This document shows, in pieces, positions 13,196 through 24,055 of a stretch of DNA of 64,000 nucleotides. This DNA comes from Takakia lepidozioides (lineage: Eukaryota > Plantae > Bryophyta). Under the pieces are notes generated by a model that saw only the letters and a list, made by a program, of their open reading frames with translations, was not told the origin of the DNA and made no database searches. A program made the translations under genes and the position numbers. The stretch spans positions 20,708,001-20,772,000 of the forward strand of contig CM060734.1 of NCBI GenBank assembly GCA_030704615.1. The letters run 5' to 3'. Position 1 is the first letter of the stretch. Every line of letters begins with the position of its first letter.

Positions 13196-14818
13196 ATGTG
13201 GTGCCTGCCTTCAACCCTGTTGTGGAGTTCTTCGAAGAGTTGAGAGGGAACTACCAAGGGGTGAGGACAGAGAAGTTGCGGAGCTTGCAAGAGTTCCAAC
13301 GGAAGCCTACTGAGAGCTTGAGGGAGGCTTTCACTCGCATGAGGCGCTTGATAAATGTAACCCAAGGGGTTACGGAAGCTCAGGCAGTCCAATTCTGGTA
13401 TGGGATATTGGACAAGGAGCTGAGGAGAAGGGTGCGGGATGCAACTCTCCTACAAGCGGCCCAACCCACTTTAGCAAATGTGTTTTTGCTGGCAGAGCGG
13501 ATAGAACTCAACATGGTGGAGGAACGAGTGGTCATGGTGGGATTTGCTAAGGAGACACCACGGGGTAGTGGTGCTCCTAGCCAACCACTACCTCAACGTG
13601 CTCAAGGCAAAAAGGGGGTCCAGGTAAAGCCCAGGGAAGGACAGAGAGGACCTCAGATGCAGAGGTCTTTCCCTTCATTTGCAGGCCAACAACGGGCGGA
13701 GGTGGTGTGTTGGACATGTTGAGGACCCCATGTCAAGAAGGATTGCCCAGGGAGGCAAAGGGCCGGCATATGCACAGTCTGCACAGTTGCAGTGTGGGCA
13801 TTGTGGCAAGCACGGGCATGGAGAGGCCCAGCGTTATGGTTTGCATCTTGCGCCCAGGCCAGTTCCAAGGGAACAATGGTGGCCGGGGCGAGGTGGAGCA
13901 GCCCAGAGAGGACGAGTGGCCAGGCACGGGGTGCAGGCCAAGGGCAAGCTCAACATGGCCAAGGACATGGAGGTCAGGGTGTTGACCAAGGCATGGCCAA
14001 CCGGCTTCAGCAGCTAGAGCAGAGGCTTGCTGCCATGGCTACAGCTCAAGTGGTACCGGCGCCAAGGCCGGATGGTCCACCTCCTGCTCCTGAGGGAGGA
14101 GATATGGGAGGCATGGGATTCATGTGCGGAGCAGCACTACCACTAGTGCAGGTGGAGTCTGCTGCAGCCGTGACTCGAGGAAGCAGCACGAGTTCCTGAG
14201 CCACGAGGTGCAGAGGTGGAGTTGGATCCACAGTGTGTGGAGGCAAGCCGTCATGCTAGGCTTCCTCAGTCATTTCACATTGGCGGAGACAATGTCGACG
14301 CCATCCATGGCACCTAGTTCTCGCCCGATTGTTACCGAGGCGGAGGTTACTATGCCATTGGGGAGAGCTACACGGCAGCACCACTACCTAGTGTTTCCAA
14401 GGCTATGGCAGCTAGTGTGCAGCTGGGAGTGGCCACATCTGTGTGCCAGGCTCCATTGTTCTCGGCTACCATGATTGCGACACCGGGGGTAAGACCAGCT
14501 GAGGTGTTCAGGCTGGCAGCTACACTCTGTGAGAGTGGGGAGGTTACTTCATCTTCTGCGGAGATAGTGGGAGGTGTAGTGCCGGAGGGATCCTCGGATT
14601 TGAGGGTCAAGACTGCCACAGCGGCGCCATGGCAAGCTGCAGCTGCCAGGTTGATGGAGCTGCCAGCTAGGCCAGCCATTGAGCGCGTCATGGTGACACC
14701 TGGAGCTGTCATGTTAGACAACCAGGATGGCATTTTCTATTTGAGTGGACCGACAGGCAAGAGGTACTAGCCACTGCGGGTCTTGTTGGACTCAGGAGCT
14801 CAGCCATTGATGCTGGGA
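13196..14818 (+). mobile_element. gag-protease fragment of the element C (DNMT-PHD Gypsy) family
   Basis: FNPVVEFFEELRGNYQGVRTEKLRSLQEF..., zinc knuckles, and ...RVLLDSGAQPLMLG, all closely similar to 28818-30733 (-). Confidence 0.9.
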
Positions 14819-16890
14819 AAATATCATCAAGGCCCAATTTCTCTTTGGCCAAGTTGTTCCAAGCCAAATTAAACCATGAACGACCTTCTGTATCATGACT
14901 TTCGCATCATAAAGATACATATGGGGTGGAATTGAAGGTAAGACCCAATGATCTCCACTGGAATAACTCAGAAATCTTGACTGCATCTTCTGCTGCTCAA
15001 TGTGATAACGCGCAATGAAACAAGCAGCATAGTATAATCCACAGCCCATGACAATACTAGATACTTCCTTGGTCTTGGTGTAGATGTACCCATGAACAAT
15101 CTGGAAGGCAATTAATTCCTTCAACATGGTGCCTGCCTCAGACCAGTACCTTGCAAAATGATGATCCTCAATGGGTCGATTGTTCGGGAGAACCTTAGTC
15201 CGAGTTGCCACTGGCAACCAAATGCGCATGATCTGGTAATAATGTGCCAAAGACTGTGGAGGACTAAATTCCTTCCAAGCCAAATCCATCACAATGGGAA
15301 TTTGGTTGAAGGGCATAATCATAGCCCGATTGTCAGTGTGGCATATTGGATGGTCATTTTCTGATGATGCAACTTGCCCTCATGCTTCACCTGCCAATTG
15401 GTATAGCTGTTGCTTATGTTCTTCATGCAACTTCTCCTACTCCAGACCCGCTTCAATCAAATTCCCCTTTGCCAGCTGCAGGGCAGCCTTCGTGTCCTTC
15501 AATTCTTCCTGTAACTTGAGGTTGGCCTCCACATCCACCTTGTTTGCACACTCGGTGGCAATTCTAGCCTCAAACTCCTGCTTGAAATCCTCCCTCAAAG
15601 CTGCCAATTGTGTAGATGGAACATGGGATTTCACATAAGTGCCCAACAAATTGAGTGTCTTGCTTATGGAACTCATAAGCATGGCCTGTTGTGGGTCTTC
15701 ATAGTGAACTTGCTGCTGTTCTCCCTGATCCTCCACAGTTTGATGTTTCACAAACCAATCAGCCTGCTCCTGAGCCACCTGATCCTCCATAGGTGCTGCA
15801 GTGCCCTGACAGTCTACTCCTGGAACCTCCGCCACAGGTTCGGGTATCACATGCACAGCAAGGACTTGCTTGGACAAACTCTGCATCTTGGGTACCACTG
15901 GTTCCCTGACCAAGCCAGATTTTTCATAGAGAAGGTCACCCTTCTCAATTTCTGCCACTACCTGTTCTGTAGTGGGAATGTCCAACCCTTCTCCTTCCAC
16001 AACAATAGGCTCTGGTGTAACAGCATGGACTAACTGAGTGACCCTTGGAACAACTGAGTCATGTGGCTGTGGTGGTTGTGGTATCGAGGTGACTTCTTCC
16101 TCCCTGTCCAAAGGCCGTGCTTCCAGCAATAACAGCCCCTTGTGCTACTGCTCCTCATCCTGCACAAGCGCTATGGAAACATCATCTTATGGTTTCCTTG
16201 AAGCTAGTGGATCTGCCACAGTCGTATCCCACTTCTGCCTCTTGGACTGGTGCTACCCCTCCAATCCACCTTCACCATGTGAAGAGCCCTGCTCCTCAAT
16301 TGCAGTGGTTGCTGTCTCAAACACTCCCATCTCCTTACGTTCTCGCGCATCAAGTATGCAAGAATCAAGGATAATTTGCGCAATTATTGGGCCAGACACT
16401 ATGATCGGAGACTTAGCAACAGTGCCTTGTAACCGCTTTATCTCTTCTACCAGACCATTGTACATCAACTTCACCCAAGCTACATCCTCTCCCCTCAAAG
16501 CTTTCAGTATTTCCTCCGTGAATGATCTGCTCAAGTATTGTTGGTTCTGTTTCATGGCAAACTAAATGTTCAGTATTTGGCCAACTTCTCTTAGCCCTGG
16601 ATACTCGGCCTTGGTGCAGGTGTATCATTGAGTCTTAAAGAAACTCCCTTCTTGGAACAAATTCCCTATCTGCAATCTTGTCCTGTGCTCATCCACATCC
16701 ACATGACCCGATGGCAAATCGAACAATTGCTGCAAGTATTGGGGAGTAATTTCTATATCTACTCCCCTCACCTGGGTAACTCCTGTCCCGGCTCAATTCT
16801 GAATAATTGAATCATATACTTCCGATGATGCAAGGACCAGTCCTTGCGTAGCAGCCCTTCCAATCGCAACTCCTTCAGCAGCTGCACTAT
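14819..16890 (-). mobile_element. Internally deleted fragment of the element B family 3' accessory-ORF region
   Basis: ORFs 14792-15322, 15437-16129 and 16253-16555 match 22204-22908, 35619-36469 and 36466-36936 (e.g. MKQNQQYLSRSFTEEILKALRGE, QQAMLMSSISxTLNLLGTYVKSHVP). Confidence 0.85.
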
Positions 16891-16896
16891 GAGCAA

Positions 16897-17700
16897 TTGG
16901 AACAGGAAGGTGTGAGACCAGACATGATCATGTTCATCTGTGTTCTCAATGCGTGTGCCAATCTTGGTGCCCTGGAAAATGGCAAAGAGATCCACGCTGA
17001 TATCATCAAAGCTGGAATCCCATCATATATGAATCTGGAATATACCCTTGTTGATTTGTATGCCAAATGCGGGGGCATGAAGGAAGCGCGGGTACTCTTC
17101 AACAACATGAATCAGCGAGATGTGGTCCCATGGAGCTCCGTGACTGCAGGATATGCCCAGCATGGTTGTGGTAGGGAAGCTTTTGAGATGTATGTACAAA
17201 TGCAATGCGAAGGGGTGCAGCCCGACAGTGTAACATTCATTTATGTTCTCAGTATGTGTACCACTCTTCCAGCCCTGGGAAAGGACAAATGTGTCCATGC
17301 TGACATAATCAAAGCAGGGGTGAAGCCCAACCACATCACGTGTGTGTGCATTTGCCATGCTTGTGCAAGCCTGGCAGCCCTGGAGAAGCGCAAAGATGTG
17401 CATGTTGACATCATCAAAGCTGGAGTGGTACCAAATGTTGTCTCTAGCCTCAAACTTGCAAATAAGCTGCCAGGTATGTACACGTTCCCTGAATTATCAG
17501 GCATGGAGTTTCATGTTGTTATCATCAAAGCTGGCATTATGCAAAATGTCAATTTGAAGACTGCCCTTTCTACCATGTATGCCAAATGCGGGAGCTTGAA
17601 TGATGCAAGCCATGTGTTTGATGACACGCTGAAACGAGCTGGGTTCTCATGGAGTACAATGATAGCTGGATATGCTGAAAATGGATCCGGTACAGTGGCT
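16897..17700 (+). pseudogene. PLS-class pentatricopeptide repeat (PPR) gene fragment
   Basis: Repeats such as GVRPDMIMFICVLNACANLGALENGKEIHADIIKAG, LVDLYAKCG...ARVLFNNM...DVVPW, TALSTMYAKCGSLNDASHVFD. Bounded by TE-derived sequence on both sides. Confidence 0.9.
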
Positions 17701-18025
17701 TTCTTGAACTCACGTCATTGGAGGCCCTTGATAGAATTTCTTACAACTTATGAGCTCGATCACAGGAAGCTGATGGGGCAGCTACTTGATCATGGTGTTA
17801 ATGCAACCTCCCCCCTCCTTTTCTTTTCCCCAGAGACCTATGCCCTGAATGCTGGCAATGAGGCCCTTTTAAATGCACATAGCCAGGATTATGAACAGCC
17901 AGCCACATTACGCAGCCATACAAGCCCTTACTGGGATATGACTCGACCAGTCTTGTACGAGCACATTCTTGCTGAGGTAGGCTCCTGGCGAAATGAACCT
18001 GGACAGGTCATGGTCGCATGCCATG

Positions 18026-19452
18026 TGTAGAATAAAACTAGAATCAATCCTAAAAAAGGATCAATTAGTTCTAAGGTTTGTTCGCTGGGGAAAGCACTAT
18101 ACGACTAATACATAATGATGCCAGACTATTCTATCTCTCTCTATCCTTTCTTTGAAACAACTTCTACCAACAGTCACGATCATCATTCTTCCAGATTCAT
18201 GAATATTCTCTCCATCTTCTATTAACTCTGTTCCATCGGCTGAAATCAAATACCATTGCTCCACTATATTCTTCCTCCAATAATCTCTCTAATACAAAGT
18301 CAACAGCTCTCGATACCATTCTTTATTAACTAACCATAGATTGATTATCTCCCTGACGCTACATTGTAATCTTTTAAAGATATCTAGAGACCAACTATGA
18401 GGCAGTCCAGTAATCAATTCTACAGGATATACTATCTGTTCTTCTTCACACATTGCTAGTGATCGTTCTTCACCACCAATTCTGTTTCTCAAGTCGTTCC
18501 AGGGATTTTCCCTCACCAAAGTTATGATTCCATTCTTTCATAAGTTCAGGATAGCCTTTAAATGGTCTATACCACTTCTGCAACCAACTATACTTCCAAT
18601 AACAACTCCGGTATAGAATGGATATCTCCCTATGCCATCCTTTATTGACCAATTGCAATAAGAATACTTCTTTATCACTACACAAAATTTCTGAAAGATT
18701 GTTATCGATAAATGGTCTGGTAATCCAGAGATCAATTCTGACACTTCCTTTATTCCTTCACTATTGCTCTCCACCATGCAAATGATTTTAATTCACTGTT
18801 TCATTCCTATCATGAATCCAATTGAAAACCCTCTCTCTGTCTTCTTTTCCTTAATCGGCTCCTTCTTGAGCTTTGAATATCTCTTTATCGATATTCCTCT
18901 TGATGGACCAGAACTAATCCTCACATAGAATTCTTATCTGTTTCATTTATGCGCATTCTCATCATCTCATATGGTTCTTCAGTTCTTACACACAAAAACA
19001 CATCCTCATTCCATCACTCCATTCTTCACACGTACACAAAGTGAATTGCACTTCTTTTTTCTTCTTCTTCTCATTCATAAATCACAACACCGCAAGAACG
19101 CAGTACTAAATCTACCATTGCAGAATAACTCTATAATCTACCTCCTACTCACTCTACTCCCTCTACTCCCGGTCACGGCTCTCCGGCTCAATTGACACTT
19201 TCTGCTTCTCATTAACGCTTTATATAGCAGAGTATTTCAATAACTGTAATAACCGCTCAAAAACTTCTTCATCCATCCTTTACAATTTTTCATCCATCCC
19301 TTCTATCATTCAGTCCAAGATAGACTATCGATTGTATACAAGATATCGAAGAACATTGCTCTATCGCAGCAATATCGAAGGTATCGCAGGCTAGAAAGAT
19401 ATTAAAAAGTTCTGAAAATTGTCATTAAGTCAGAAATTCCTATTATTCTACA
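18026..19452 (-). repeat. 3' LTR of element A
   Basis: TG...CA ends; near-identical to 53855-55283; purine tract AGGAGTGGGG (minus strand) immediately internal at ~19455-19465. Confidence 0.95.
18289..18777 (-). pseudogene. Two tandem paralogous F-box-like mini-ORFs inside the element A LTR (second copy at ~53993-54620)
   Basis: ELISGLPDHLSITIFQK...LLQLVNKGWHREISILY and ELITGLPHSWSLDIFKRL...LWLVNKEWYRELLTLY fit the F-box pattern LIxGLPxxLxxxIFxRL...LxLVxKxW. Confidence 0.55.
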
Positions 19453-19504
19453 TAGCCCCACTCCTAATTGTGCAGCGCCCCCGCAAACACTATATCCTCT
19501 GCAA

Positions 19505-20509
19505 CTAATTTCTTGGCAGCTTCTCCCGCCTCCCCTCTGACTCATGCGATCGACGATGGTCACGCTCATCCCCTTCCTTCTGGAACTGCTTGAACGCCAT
19601 ATAGGGGTGGTATCGCGAAGGCCCCCTATCATCGTACATAGCAGAATCTGCACACTGAAGAAATTCAGTCAAGCACATCAATTCTAACACCCGCATTTCC
19701 CTTGCCGGGTGATGCAATAACTTGGCTACTATCCCGAATTCATGTCCTCCCAACATAGACCTGTTAACATCAACAACAACATGGTAGTAGTGACACCACT
19801 TAGCCAAAACCCCACAAAAAATGGCTGCCATAAAACACAAGGGATCAAAATGATTCGCATGCAGCCCCTGAAAGGCTTTGTACGCTGTTTCACAATAGTC
19901 CGCACTGCGGAACTCTCTTGGAATTAACGGCCAATTGTAAGGTAAGGACGTCAAGTGCTCATTCTCGTGCCATTGACCACGACGCGCACACATGCATACA
20001 CCAAATCGGCCTGTAATATTCCGTGGCCACGGTCCACTGATTGGTGTCAATCGAGTGCCCATCTTCAAAATCGATTCTCCCGTCGCAGTGTGGCCATAGT
20101 CCTGCCCCATCCATAACAACACTTCCCAACATGGCAGCACCTTATCGTCAGAATCCGCATAGACCTTCTCTGTTTTGCCCAAAAACTCTGAGTACTCCCA
20201 GTTAGTAGGAAAGTGGCATCGTTCGAATATCGCGAAGCCCACCTGCAAAACTTGTGTAGCACTGGGTTGATTGATGTACAAGTCCTCCATCCATCTGGCC
20301 GTCAATAACTCTGGCCAAGTTTTTGCTTCCATCCACTTGCTTACCCTTTGCTGAATTGCAGTGTGCGTCCAGACATATGCAGATCCATGTAAACACTCTG
20401 GAACCAGCCGATACCTGCGATGAACTCTCTCCAACATCGTATGGAAATGGGCCTCGTCCAATACTTGAGCCACCAGAGGTTGCACCATATCTAGGTACCT
20501 CGGCAACAA
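19505..20509 (-). CDS. Element A 3' accessory ORF, C-terminal part, function unknown
   Basis: 334-aa ORF between integrase and the 3' LTR, same strand as pol; the upstream part is displaced by the element B insertion. Confidence 0.6.
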   Translation of the reverse strand: MLPRYLDMVQPLVAQVLDEAHFHTMLERVHRRYRLVPECLHGSAYVWTHTAIQQRVSKWMEAKTWPELLTARWMEDLYINQPSATQVLQVGFAIFERCHFPTNWEYSEFLGKTEKVYADSDDKVLPCWEVLLWMGQDYGHTATGESILKMGTRLTPISGPWPRNITGRFGVCMCARRGQWHENEHLTSLPYNWPLIPREFRSADYCETAYKAFQGLHANHFDPLCFMAAIFCGVLAKWCHYYHVVVDVNRSMLGGHEFGIVAKLLHHPAREMRVLELMCLTEFLQCADSAMYDDRGPSRYHPYMAFKQFQKEGDERDHRRSHESEGRREKLPRN

Positions 20510-20754
20510 TTTGTCATCTAGCCTTGGAATAGCATAAAGAAAACCACAAGCATGTACTCGATTCCAGTGTCTATCGCGGAGGTAAGATTGTCAGAACGCC
20601 TCCAGTCTATCTTCCAATTGTTTATAATACCAAAAACAGCGACTGACAGGATCTCCAACAGTAAACAAAAACTGTTCTGGATGGGCGACTGCTATGTCTC
20701 CCCTCACCACCATCTCCACGGCCAGATTCTCCATGCAATAGTTGCACAGGTCTT

Positions 20755-21229
20755 TGTCGCGCGGCTTTTACTCACCCATCCCTTCGCTATCCGAGGCGGG
20801 AACTCCAAGATAGAAGAGTTGGAAATCTCTAAGCACTCAGCCCGCTCAGAACAATCAGTCATGACCTACAACTAGTGTATCATGGGGGTGTTTCCTATTT
20901 GTTTTCCTTCCCGCATTCATGTTAGCTAGTTACCTTACTGTTGGTATTTAAGTATCAGTTTGCTTCAGCAATCTATCGGATTCCATCAACTCATCCATTC
21001 ATTCCACAGCTTCACTCAGATCTCTCTACATAGTGTGAGTATGAAGTATGTATCAGATTAATATCTATCAAGTATCAGGCTGAAGCCATGGTATCTCTAT
21101 TCTGCTCTACATTACAACTCTATTTCTTGCATTCAGCAAGTATCAACAGATCGTTCTCCTCCTACTCCGTGCTCTCCCTCTTTCTGCTCAGAGATGCGCT
21201 CTCCCTCTCCGCTCATTTCCAAGTTCTGA

Positions 21230-21271
<42 letters not shown>

Positions 21272-21746
21272 AAGTCCTTCCAGAAGTGATGATTTTCAGT
21301 CCTCGCTCCTGGCTTTATCTTCCTACCCGTTGTTCTAACCGTTTTCCTCACTAACCGTCATCCATGAACTAACATGTTCCATTCGCAGATGTTGTTCCCC
21401 ACAGTCGTTCCCTGTCCTGCTATCCGTTCCCTATGGTCGTGACAGCTGTGTCAAGCTGTGACTGGCTGTGTGAAACTGTGACGGGCTGTGACTGGCTGTG
21501 CGACTGTGTTGGGCTGTGTCAGGCTGTGTCGAGCTATGACTAGCTGTGCGACTGTGTCGGGCTGTGACGGGCTGTGTCGGGCTATGATTGGCTGTGCGAC
21601 TGTGACGGGCTGTGTTGGCTGTGTCTCTCCCCCCTAAAGTCTGTTGCTGTCACCCCTAAGGCTCCTATTGGTCTCAGTCTGTGTAAAAATTAAGGGTACC
21701 CCACAGATCCCGTAAAAGCGTCTAAGTCCCAGACAGTCCTCTAACA
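20755..21746 (-). repeat. 3' LTR of element B, containing a C40 run and GGCTGTG-type short tandem repeats
   Basis: Matches 44707-45653; poly-C at 21231-21270; ~10-bp ggctgtg(tc/ac) repeats at ~21445-21625. Confidence 0.95.
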
Positions 21747-21784
21747 TTACCCCTTCCCCTCTCAAAAAGTCGTGTCCTCACGGT

Positions 21785-22908
21785 TTACTGTTTGGGATTA
21801 GCAAACCTTTGTGAGCGAGCACCCTTCTGACGTTGAGAGTCTCGTGAAGGACTCTGTGTGCGAGCCCGAGGTCTGTCACTGGTTGACGGAGATGATTGAA
21901 CACTACCTGGATATGTCAGTCCCTCTGGAGGCTGATATCGAGGTAATCTTTCAGGCATAGGAGACCCCCGTCGCTTCTTCTCTGCCATCTGAATTGCATA
22001 GTCCTCTGTCATGTCAAAAGAGTCCGCTGAAGAAACAGTTGTATCAAAATCCTCATCGCCTCTCAGGTGTTTTAACGGCCGAACTTTTTGTGGAATCCTC
22101 TGGGGCATACAATGTTGTCCCACCATGTCTGGAAGTTTAAACTGCAAAACTTGCTGTAAGCGTTGAATGGCAAAATTGGTGAAGACCCTAAGCTCCTTGT
22201 CTGTCAAGGTGAGTGGGGTACCAATGACTTGTGAATTGTGCAAGTATTTCCATGCCTCATGTCCCTTAAGAAAAATATCGTCAGGCCGAATTTCTGTGTT
22301 GACAAATTGTTCCAGGCCGCATGAAACCATGAACGAATCTGAGAATCCTTTTGCATGATAATTTTTGCCTCATATAGGTACATATGAGGTGGCACTGAAG
22401 GTAAGACCCAATGATCCCCACTGGAATAACTCCGAAAGCACGTTTGCATCTTTCTGCTGCTCAATGTGATAACGTACCAGAAAACAAGCAGCGTAGTATA
22501 ACCCGCAGCCCATGACAATACTTGCTACCTCTTTGGTCTTGGTATAAATGAATCCATGTACACTTGGAAGGCAATTAATTCCTTCAACATGGTACTTGCC
22601 TCATGTCAGTACTGCGCAAAGTGATGATCCTCTCAATTGGTCGATTGTTCGGAAGAACTTTAGTCCTAGTTGCCAACTGGCAGCCAAATGCGCATGATTT
22701 GATAGTAATGTGCCAACGACTGCGGAGGACTAAATTCCTTCCAAGCCAAATCCAACACAATGGGAATTTGGTTGAAGGGCATAATCATAGCCCGACTGTA
22801 CTCCCGTGCAGCAAGAGTTTTAGGTGGGTTAAAAGCAGCATTCCCCCATACCTTAGGCTGTGGTGGCTGTGGTGTGGCTGTAGTAACAAAAGGGTCAGCT
22901 ACTGGCAC
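21785..22908 (-). pseudogene. Element B accessory ORF region, distal part
   Basis: Frameshifted minus-strand ORFs 21785-22330, 22204-22518 and 22666-22908, conserved in the second copy at 14792-15322. Confidence 0.6.
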
Positions 22909-23137
22909 AGTGATTGTTGTGGTGTTGGTAGCACTGGTTCTTGTACCATTGGCATCTTCTGCACCCCCTGCGAAGAAGACTGAAAAGCCAAAGTTCTGGC
23001 TTGTAAATAAGAAGCCATCAGTTGCTCCTCAGGTACAAAGACTCCTTGGTCAATATTTGATGTCAGGTCCTCTACCTGAGTCTGCAGGCCGTCTACATCC
23101 TCTTATAGCTCCGCTATCCTACTATAGACATTGTCTA

Positions 23138-23637
23138 TGTCGTGCGCATACATATCGCTACACAACTACATCGCTGTCCAAACCACACCACACATATATG
23201 CACAATAAAGTAGTCTAAGAAAACACACTGTTCACACAAGAAACAACATGAATCCAACAACATCACTCTTAAAACAGAAGTCGAGCCAGGGGCACCCCAA
23301 GCTATGGGGACTCCACCCCACAACAACCTACACTCCCATCATGAGCACACTCAGTCCTAAACGCATGAAGGAGCTCGGTCGCGCAGGCTCAACTCGAGAG
23401 AGATGAGCTGCGCGACTGCCGCTCTCGTGAAGATAAGACGGTTCAGGTGTCAAACTAAACTACACCTGATTTAACACTTGACCTAAATCCAAGTGTTAAA
23501 TACAAATAACTAGCTTTATTCTAGTTGTTTTCACACTGTGCTTATTTAACTTGACAGCTGTCGTGCGCATACATATCGCTACACAACTACATCGCTGTCC
23601 AAACCACACCACACATATATGCACAATAAAGTAGTCT
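23138..23637 (-). repeat. 3' terminal B1-(GC)-A2-B2 repeat block of element C
   Basis: 79-bp B repeat identical at 23138-23216 and 23559-23637. ~342-bp A repeat at 23215-23556 matches 34613-34957 with about 8-9 differences. Confidence 0.95.
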
Positions 23638-23902
23638 GCCACAATCGCCCCCCTAGCTGGTGGATAGGTCCCTCTACTCCAGATAGCTACAAGATGTAAT
23701 AGCCACAGCCGTACTAAGTCCTCTATCACTGTCCCTATTGTACTCAAACTCTATAGACCAAGAGGCCGGGTACAAGAGTAGCCCCATCGTTAGTCGCCGT
23801 CTTGCAATCTGTGAACTTGAGCCAGGACCTCGTGTGTTCAAGGTCTCCTAGTAGCTGGGCCTTGCGTTTCTTGTTAGCCTTCCATGGTTGTATCCACTCC
23901 CA

Positions 23903-24055
23903 CTATCCAATGCAATGTGGACATAACCAATCCCCATCCGGAACCATCTCAAGAGGTGGAGTCAAGCATCCCATATGCCAACCTCTAGAGCATCGATCAC
24001 ACACCAGCATGGTGGCTGCCCCTCTAGCAGACCCACACAACATGCACCTCAAACC
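23903..24055 (-). CDS. PHD finger at the C-terminus of the element C integrase
   Basis: Manual translation: CMLCGSARGAATMLVCDRCSRGWHMGCLTPPLEMVPDGDWLCPHCIG*, a canonical C4HC3 PHD with the W-x-C-x2-C ending. Confidence 0.93.
   Translation of the reverse strand, partial: GLRCMLCGSARGAATMLVCDRCSRGWHMGCLTPPLEMVPDGDWLCPHCIG

Noticed and set aside
21088-21354. Proline-rich and glycine-rich ORFs in the element B LTRs
   Set aside because: They are artefacts of the poly-C homopolymer.
23138-23556. Ordinary two-LTR interpretation of element C (LTR = A+B)
   Set aside because: The 5' copy lacks B and a PBS, and an extra B directly precedes the 3' copy. A one-off rearrangement cannot be fully excluded from a single complete copy.
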